DNA of 64,000 nucleotides from an uncultured virus (IMG/VR IMGVR_UViG_3300042386_000720). Lineage: Duplodnaviria > Heunggongvirae > Uroviricota > Caudoviricetes. Where the stretch lies: positions 1 through 64,000 of IMG/VR virus record IMGVR_UViG_3300042386_000720; one strand, given 5' to 3'. The position numbers and the translations under genes are program-made. The number at the start of each line of letters is the position of its first letter. The stretch's first letter is position 1. The notes beneath the pieces are model-generated. The model saw only the letters and a program-made list of their open reading frames with translations, was not told the origin of the DNA and made no database searches. Below, piece by piece: positions 58,124 through 64,000 of the stretch.

Positions 58124-59581
58124 ATGAAAAAATATATTATCTCTCTCCTAATATTGTTTTTTTGTGGTAAATCTTTTGGACAAACGTACACTCAAACATT
58201 TATTGATAAATGTAGTGGTGAAAAAAAGATAGCAACAACAACCATCATAAATGGTAATGCTACTGTGTCTTTTTACAATCAAGTAAGAACATTTTCTCCT
58301 ATGGAAGTACAAACGGGAGTTGTACAGACTTGGTTATTTACAACTAAAGCAACATATGAGGCATTAACTTGTCCTGTAATTAATAATCCAATTGTTCAAC
58401 AAACGGTAGCAAATGCGGCTGCACAAACCGCAAGTAATGCTGCAGCATCGGCAGCATCTGCAGCCGCTAGTTCTGCTGCAAGTGGTGCGGCAAGTAGTGC
58501 TGCATCATCATCGGCAAGTTCTGCTGCTAGTTCAAGTGCAAGTTCAGCTGCCGCAAGTTCCGCCGCGTCAACACCACCACCCACTACTCCACCACCAACA
58601 AGTAGTAGTTCATCAACACCTCCACCACCAAGTAGTGGAAGTTCATCATCTTCATCAAGTGGTTCGTCATCAAGTGGTGGATCATCCTCATCTTCTGAAA
58701 CTAAAACAGAAACAAAAACCGAAACTAAATCGGAGACTAAGTCAGAATCAAAAACCGAAAGTAAATCTGAATCAAAAGAAGAATCTAAATCTGAAAGTAA
58801 ATCCGAAGAAAAGAAAGAGGAATCTAAATCGGAAGAGAAAAAAGAAGAAAAGAAAGAGGAATCTAAAGAAGAAAAGAAGGAAGAGGAAAAGAAAAAAGAA
58901 GAGAAGAAAAAAGAAAAGGCGGTCGCAACAAATCCTATGTTATTATCTTCTGATTTATCAACAATAGAATCACCTGACGGTAGATGGTTACAATCGGCCA
59001 CTATTGGGGTATCTAAATCATCCTTGATGGGGGATAAAAGTTATTCCGCAAATACGGTTATTATGAGTGACCTAAAAACATTTATTGTTAGTGGTGGATA
59101 CACTAAGATGGATTTCTCAGAAGGTAAATTAAAAGCAATACACTCATATTCTACCGCATTTGCTTATTTGAATGGGAACTACATGAATTTATTAGGTTAT
59201 ACATATATTAAACCAACACCAAAGCATGGTGTATTTGGTTATAATTTAGGATTGATAAATTTATTTCTTAAAAATGAAAAAGATAACTATGATTATAACA
59301 TGTCGTCATCGGTAGTCGCTTTTTGGACTAAACCATATCAATATAGTAAAAAGTTGACGGTGTCTCCACAAATATTTACAATGTTTGCACCATTATCTTG
59401 GAACACTGTTGCAGGAACGTCCACCGTTAATCGACATATGGGATTCTTATTAGGTAGTTCGTTTGATTACAAGTTGAGTAAACGATTTGGGTTTAGTTTT
59501 AACTACAAATTGAGTGGAAACACATCTCCAGGTTCACCTTGGTTAAGTAATTTCTTAATAGGGTCAAGAATGGTACTATAA
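58124..59581 (+). CDS. Secreted protein with Ser/Ala/Pro and Lys/Glu linkers + C-terminal beta-barrel (autotransporter-like layout)
   Basis: Signal peptide; low-complexity stalk; amphipathic strands similar to 52212. Confidence 0.75.
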   Translation: MKKYIISLLILFFCGKSFGQTYTQTFIDKCSGEKKIATTTIINGNATVSFYNQVRTFSPMEVQTGVVQTWLFTTKATYEALTCPVINNPIVQQTVANAAAQTASNAAASAASAAASSAASGAASSAASSSASSAASSSASSAAASSAASTPPPTTPPPTSSSSSTPPPPSSGSSSSSSSGSSSSGGSSSSSETKTETKTETKSETKSESKTESKSESKEESKSESKSEEKKEESKSEEKKEEKKEESKEEKKEEEKKKEEKKKEKAVATNPMLLSSDLSTIESPDGRWLQSATIGVSKSSLMGDKSYSANTVIMSDLKTFIVSGGYTKMDFSEGKLKAIHSYSTAFAYLNGNYMNLLGYTYIKPTPKHGVFGYNLGLINLFLKNEKDNYDYNMSSSVVAFWTKPYQYSKKLTVSPQIFTMFAPLSWNTVAGTSTVNRHMGFLLGSSFDYKLSKRFGFSFNYKLSGNTSPGSPWLSNFLIGSRMVL

Positions 59582-59651
59582 AAAAAATCCCCGATGATTA
59601 AAACCAACGGGGATGTGACAAAAATGAAAATGTACCTCTCTCCTGATACAA

Positions 59652-60002
59652 TTAAATTATAGACAATTCTTTTTTATTTGTCAATACTTCATATAAATTT
59701 TTTATTTCTGAACATTTTTCATAATCCTCAATACTTTCAAAATACGGTAATACGTCTCTTGTTAAAACAATTGTGTCAGTTCTATTAAATTTAAACTCGG
59801 TATCCCATTCCAAACCTTGTATAATCGCTTGAATATAAAGTGTTAATACTCTTTTTTTATTGTCTTTGAAACCATAAAAAACCTCCAAAATATTTTCATA
59901 AATTGATTTTTTATTAATATCATAAAAATCAGTGAAATCTTCATATTTCCCCTTTATGTACATTTTTTTATATGGTGTTCTTGTTTTTTTTGTGTAAGCC
60001 AT
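59652..60002 (-). CDS. UVR-motif protein
   Basis: YFESIEDYEKCSEIK. Confidence 0.7.
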   Translation of the reverse strand: MAYTKKTRTPYKKMYIKGKYEDFTDFYDINKKSIYENILEVFYGFKDNKKRVLTLYIQAIIQGLEWDTEFKFNRTDTIVLTRDVLPYFESIEDYEKCSEIKNLYEVLTNKKELSII

Positions 60003-60053
60003 TGTCTAATATTTGGTTAGTGTAATATAAATAATTTTTTTTTAAAATAAAAA

Positions 60054-60539
60054 TTAATTTTCCTTACTTCTATCCCATTTTGCTTTTCTGGCTTCTGGAG
60101 AAAGTATCATTGGCTCGTCTATTGTGTGTTCAATTTTAACCCTAATACAGGTTTGGGGTAAACCACAGTTCATTAAATAATTATTAATATATCCCATCAT
60201 ATTAGCACTACCGATTGGATTTGCGGAATGAACATAAATTTGGGGAAGGGGTATCTTTTTGGACATACTTTCAGCCACTAAAAATTTACAACAATCATAT
60301 CCTGTTTTTTCATTAACTATGTTGTCATAATTTAAAACATAATTATTTTTTACATTTGTATAGTACTCAATCATAGACTCATCACCTAAATCATGGTCTA
60401 ACGAAATAACATCAAAATTTTCTAACCCATATAATCTAATGGTAGAAACAAAATGTTCATAATTTCTTATAATAACCCAATCAGTTCCAATTGGTGTTCT
60501 AACGTCGTCTAAGTATAATCTTTTTTTCTCAGTTTTCAT
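60054..60539 (-). CDS. Cyclic-phosphate-processing receiver-domain protein
   Basis: LYLDDVR, ISLDHDLG, TGYD, VHSANPIG. Confidence 0.85.
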   Translation of the reverse strand: MKTEKKRLYLDDVRTPIGTDWVIIRNYEHFVSTIRLYGLENFDVISLDHDLGDESMIEYYTNVKNNYVLNYDNIVNEKTGYDCCKFLVAESMSKKIPLPQIYVHSANPIGSANMMGYINNYLMNCGLPQTCIRVKIEHTIDEPMILSPEARKAKWDRSKEN

Positions 60540-61737
60540 CTTTCTTAAATGGTTTTGAATATTCTGGTTTAACTATTTTCCAAATTATGTCATCGACTTT
60601 TTCATTATTTCCATTCCACATTGCGAACATAATCGCATGTAAAACTTTTTGTTGTTTCATAACAAATTCGGCAAATTCTTTTTTAGATGGCTCAGGGCCC
60701 CTGTCATTAAATTTTCCATATCTAAAACCATCATGTAATTTACCTGCACGTTCTCTTAGTTGAAAACAAGCATATCTTAAATCTCGAACAGTTTCTTTAA
60801 CCCATTGATTAAATTCGTCCGGAACTTTTTCAAGTAGTTCATCAAATGGTTTATTATCTTTCAAATATTCCCATATATCTCTATTTGATACGTTGGTTAA
60901 AATTTTGTGAAGTCTAACATATTCTTCTCCTTTAATTTTCATACGGAAACCATTATTGAAACGAATGACATAACCTTCCTTGTCTTTAGATATTTCTTCT
61001 TTCAATAAGTCATATCCTTCGCCCCAAGTTTTGTACGTTGTTACAACTTCAAAACCTTGTTCTTGCATAAAAAATATTGAACTATTGGGTAACTCCTCAC
61101 CACTATCGGTATCTATAACACCAAGAAGAACTAACTTTTCTTCATTACCATAATTAACAACGATACGATTTTCGGGATAAATAATCTCAAACAAATAGGT
61201 TCTTTTTTTACTTAAAGAACTTACATCATATTTGTTATCAAGAATTTCTTTTCCCTTAATTGCTTGTGGTGATGTGAATGACCCACGAGTTGCCATTATC
61301 CATTCACCCTTAGTCTTTGGTGTTGGTTCATAATATGAATTATCATAATCAGGTAAGTTGTTCGGGTCAAAAAACCTTTCCATGCCCGTTTCGTAATTAT
61401 TATTAAACCATATGTTGTATCTCCTTTCATCACTCAATTCGTATTCGTAATAAAAGAGAATACCTAAAGAACCATCCATTTTTTCATAGACAACATAATC
61501 TTCATTTGGGATGTCTTCTGATTTATGTTCTTCGTAGTTGAAGAATTTCTTAAACGGTCTTGCAACAATTTTTCCTTTTGAGTTGGTTACCAATCCACGA
61601 CATTGCAAAGTAATCTCATCCCATAATCTTTCATACTGAACTTTTGGTGAATAATTCCAAATAGTTAAATCAAGAGTTGGGTGAGTTTGTTTATGTAACA
61701 AACCATCAGTATGGTATTTCTGTAAAATTTCCAACAT
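60529..61737 (-). CDS. RNA ligase, T4 Rnl1-like
   Basis: CRGLV, ARPFKKFFN, EKMDGSL, TRGSF, FEII, EGYV, KIK..EY. Confidence 0.92.
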   Translation of the reverse strand: MLEILQKYHTDGLLHKQTHPTLDLTIWNYSPKVQYERLWDEITLQCRGLVTNSKGKIVARPFKKFFNYEEHKSEDIPNEDYVVYEKMDGSLGILFYYEYELSDERRYNIWFNNNYETGMERFFDPNNLPDYDNSYYEPTPKTKGEWIMATRGSFTSPQAIKGKEILDNKYDVSSLSKKRTYLFEIIYPENRIVVNYGNEEKLVLLGVIDTDSGEELPNSSIFFMQEQGFEVVTTYKTWGEGYDLLKEEISKDKEGYVIRFNNGFRMKIKGEEYVRLHKILTNVSNRDIWEYLKDNKPFDELLEKVPDEFNQWVKETVRDLRYACFQLRERAGKLHDGFRYGKFNDRGPEPSKKEFAEFVMKQQKVLHAIMFAMWNGNNEKVDDIIWKIVKPEYSKPFKKDEN

Positions 61738-61982
61738 TATCTAATAGGTTTATAAAATCCAACATTGTAAGTCCATTTTAACCAATTAAAAGACAAGTAC
61801 ACCGCACATATTTTATTTTCAAGTAATGTTTTATGTGATTCTGGTTCACATGTTTCAAAATAGATATATGCAAAAGGTAATGGGTATACAGCCCATTGAT
61901 TTTTAAATAAGTGTGAACTAAATTTCATTTTTGTTTTTTTTTGTGAGATTATTTTAAAATAAGATTCAATAAATTGACTCAT
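61737..61982 (-). CDS. Hypothetical protein
   Basis: ORF within operon. Confidence 0.55.
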   Translation of the reverse strand: MSQFIESYFKIISQKKTKMKFSSHLFKNQWAVYPLPFAYIYFETCEPESHKTLLENKICAVYLSFNWLKWTYNVGFYKPIR

Positions 61983-62411
61983 CTATAATTTAATTTCAAA
62001 CCTATTCTTCATTTGTTGAAGTTTATCTTTTGGGACTCCGTGGATATTTTCATTACCATGCCTATTCTCTACAATTATTGTATGAACCCTATAATTGTAC
62101 CTTTCAGCCATTTTAAAATATTCATCCATTTCCCACTCCTGTGTAAATGTATTTGCAACCACAATTCTCACTTTTTGTTGTCTCATTCTTTCGGAACATC
62201 TAAATTGACAATAATTGTGTGCTTCTTTTAATTTTGTTGGGTCGAAATTATATTCACCATTTTCATCCTCAAAAAAATCATCTGCAGACAATATTTCTTG
62301 TGGGTTGTTATTTGGTTGTTGTAATATAACATTGGCAAATGTTGTTTTACCCGAACCAGGAATACCTCTGAGAAGTATTAAATCGCCTTGTTTTTCTGTA
62401 TTTGTATCCAT
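61983..62411 (-). CDS. Polynucleotide-kinase-like P-loop protein (AAA_33)
   Basis: LRGIPGSGKTT, SADD, VANTF, HGVP. Confidence 0.88.
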   Translation of the reverse strand: MDTNTEKQGDLILLRGIPGSGKTTFANVILQQPNNNPQEILSADDFFEDENGEYNFDPTKLKEAHNYCQFRCSERMRQQKVRIVVANTFTQEWEMDEYFKMAERYNYRVHTIIVENRHGNENIHGVPKDKLQQMKNRFEIKL

Positions 62412-62466
62412 TGGAGAGAGATTTAAAAATTAAAAATAAGGTCGGATTGGTTACCGACCCCAATTT

Positions 62467-62646
62467 TTATTTTACGGATGAACCGTCTGCAGGAATTTGT
62501 GCAGTTGTTGAATCTGTCGCAGATACTGCGGCAGTGTCTACTTGAACCGCAGTTGAGTCAGTTGTTTCAGTTGCGGTTGACCCTGAACCACATGCAGTTA
62601 GTGTAAGTGCTACACCAAGTGCTAAGATAAATGTATATTTTTTCAT
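62467..62646 (-). CDS. Small lipoprotein
   Basis: Lipobox LTAC; DST repeats. Confidence 0.75.
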   Translation of the reverse strand: MKKYTFILALGVALTLTACGSGSTATETTDSTAVQVDTAAVSATDSTTAQIPADGSSVK

Positions 62647-62834
62647 ATAATGTAAATATACGAAAATCCGTTGATAAAACCAAATTTTAATAAAAAACCC
62701 CAACGAGATGTCGGGGTTTAAGGTCTTTGGGTGGGTTCAACCCCACTTACTTATGAAAATAAAACGAAAAGGTAATCGACAAAGAGAACCTCCAAGAATA
62801 TAAATATATATAACTTTAATAAAAAGTCAACTAT

Positions 62835-64000
62835 TTATAACAATTTTTTTGAAATTGTTAATTTTTCATCTTTATATTTAAGAGTTATTGGTTCGTTTTC
62901 CTTTATATTTCCTCTTAGTATTTCTTCACTTAAAAAATCTTCACAAAGATTTTGAATGATTCGTTTTAAAGGACGAGCACCATATTCTTCTTGACTGTTT
63001 AATTCAAAAATTCTATTTGTAACGGTTTTATCAAAAGTTACTAAGAAATTTTTATCTAACAATCTACTGTTTAATTTACCAACCTCTATTTGAATTATTT
63101 TCTTAAGAGTTTCTTCGTTAAGTGCATTGAATAATATTACGTCATCAATACGATTTAAAAATTCAGGATTGAATTGTTGTTTTAATGCCTTTTGTATCAT
63201 TGATTTTCTTACCTCATACTTTTGAGTTTCGCTCGATGATGTATTAAAACCAACACCTCCACCAAATTCAGAAACTCTTTTAGCTCCTAAATTGGATGTC
63301 ATGATAACCAAACAATTTGTGAAGTTTATTTTTCGACCAAATGAATCTGTTAAATGTCCTTCATCTAAAATTTGTAATAATAGATTAAAAACGTCTTTAT
63401 GTGCTTTTTCAATCTCATCAAATAAAATAACAGAGAATGGGTTGTTTTTAACCTTTTCAGTTAATTGACCACCTTCATCGTATCCAACGTAACCCGGAGG
63501 AGAACCGATTAATTTAGAAACATTGTGTCTATCCATAAACTCACTCATATCAACACGAATGATTTTTTCAGGGTCACCAAATAAAAGATTGGCTAATGAT
63601 TTCGCTAAATGTGTTTTACCAACACCCGTAGATCCTAAAAAGATAAATGAACCTATAGGTTTATTTGCATCTTTGATTCCAACACGATTCCTTCTAATTG
63701 CTTTTGATATTGTTGTAATTGCTTCTTCTTGTCCAATTACTTTATCAGTCAATAAGGTTTCCATTTTTAACAGTTTTTCTGTTTCCTTACTATCAAGTTT
63801 AGTAATTGGTACACCAGTCATTTCGGAAACTATGGTATAAACATCATCAACGGACACAGGAATTTTATTCCCCTTTTGTTTTTCTGACCATTTTACCTTT
63901 TCGTTTTCAAGTTTATCAAAAATTTTCTTTTCTTCATCTCTTAATTTTGCCGCTTGTTCATAATTTTGAGATTTAACAACTTGTATTTTTCTTTCTTTTA
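62835..64000 (-). CDS. clpC: ClpC-type ATP-dependent chaperone (5' part outside window)
   Basis: UVR M-domain QNYEQAAKLRD; GSTGVGKT; LIGSPPGYVG; GARPL. Confidence 0.93.
   Translation of the reverse strand, partial: KERKIQVVKSQNYEQAAKLRDEEKKIFDKLENEKVKWSEKQKGNKIPVSVDDVYTIVSEMTGVPITKLDSKETEKLLKMETLLTDKVIGQEEAITTISKAIRRNRVGIKDANKPIGSFIFLGSTGVGKTHLAKSLANLLFGDPEKIIRVDMSEFMDRHNVSKLIGSPPGYVGYDEGGQLTEKVKNNPFSVILFDEIEKAHKDVFNLLLQILDEGHLTDSFGRKINFTNCLVIMTSNLGAKRVSEFGGGVGFNTSSSETQKYEVRKSMIQKALKQQFNPEFLNRIDDVILFNALNEETLKKIIQIEVGKLNSRLLDKNFLVTFDKTVTNRIFELNSQEEYGARPLKRIIQNLCEDFLSEEILRGNIKENEPITLKYKDEKLTISKKLL

Noticed and set aside
58396..59001. Antisense and alternate-frame ORFs over the low-complexity region of 58124
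   Set aside because: Shadow ORFs produced by Ser/Ala/Lys/Glu codon repeats.
1..64000. Stop-codon reassignment (alternative genetic code)
   Set aside because: Genes are intact and densely packed in the standard code, TAG and TGA terminate genes, and no suppressor tRNA is seen.

Overview
AT-rich segment of a large (jumbo-type) tailed phage genome. The host is most likely Bacteroidota, judged from TAnnTTTG/TTTG sigmaA promoters, Bacteroidota-style lipoproteins and T9SS-CTD-like domains. (1) 1-7.7 kb holds minus-strand, early-type mini-cassettes (promoter-gene-terminator) separated by phased head-to-head TTACTGGG/CCCAGTAA clusters, three DnaA boxes and a possible origin or genome end. (2) 7.7-41 kb holds HNH, PD-(D/E)xK and GIY-YIG nucleases, a lipase, a GH19 endolysin, a glycosyltransferase/TylF cluster, and about 20 genes with TATTTATA promoters, many sharing an N-terminal 'KIxLTExQL' motif. 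(3) 40.7-47.4 kb is an RNA-gene island: tmRNA, a ~870-nt GOLLD-like RNA, 11 tRNAs, a tRNA-Asp-like RNA with a giant variable arm, and several unassigned structured RNAs. Upstream of the tRNA operon is an apparent leader-peptide attenuator whose codons 2-17 are all read by the tRNAs in this island; this is the top candidate for a new system. (4) 47.6-59.6 kb is a secreted/outer-membrane cluster (CsgG-like, cohesin/dockerin-like, lectin, beta-barrels). (5) 60-64 kb holds a Pnk/Rnl1/cyclic-phosphate RNA-repair operon and a partial clpC. All calls come from manual motif reading; no searches were run.
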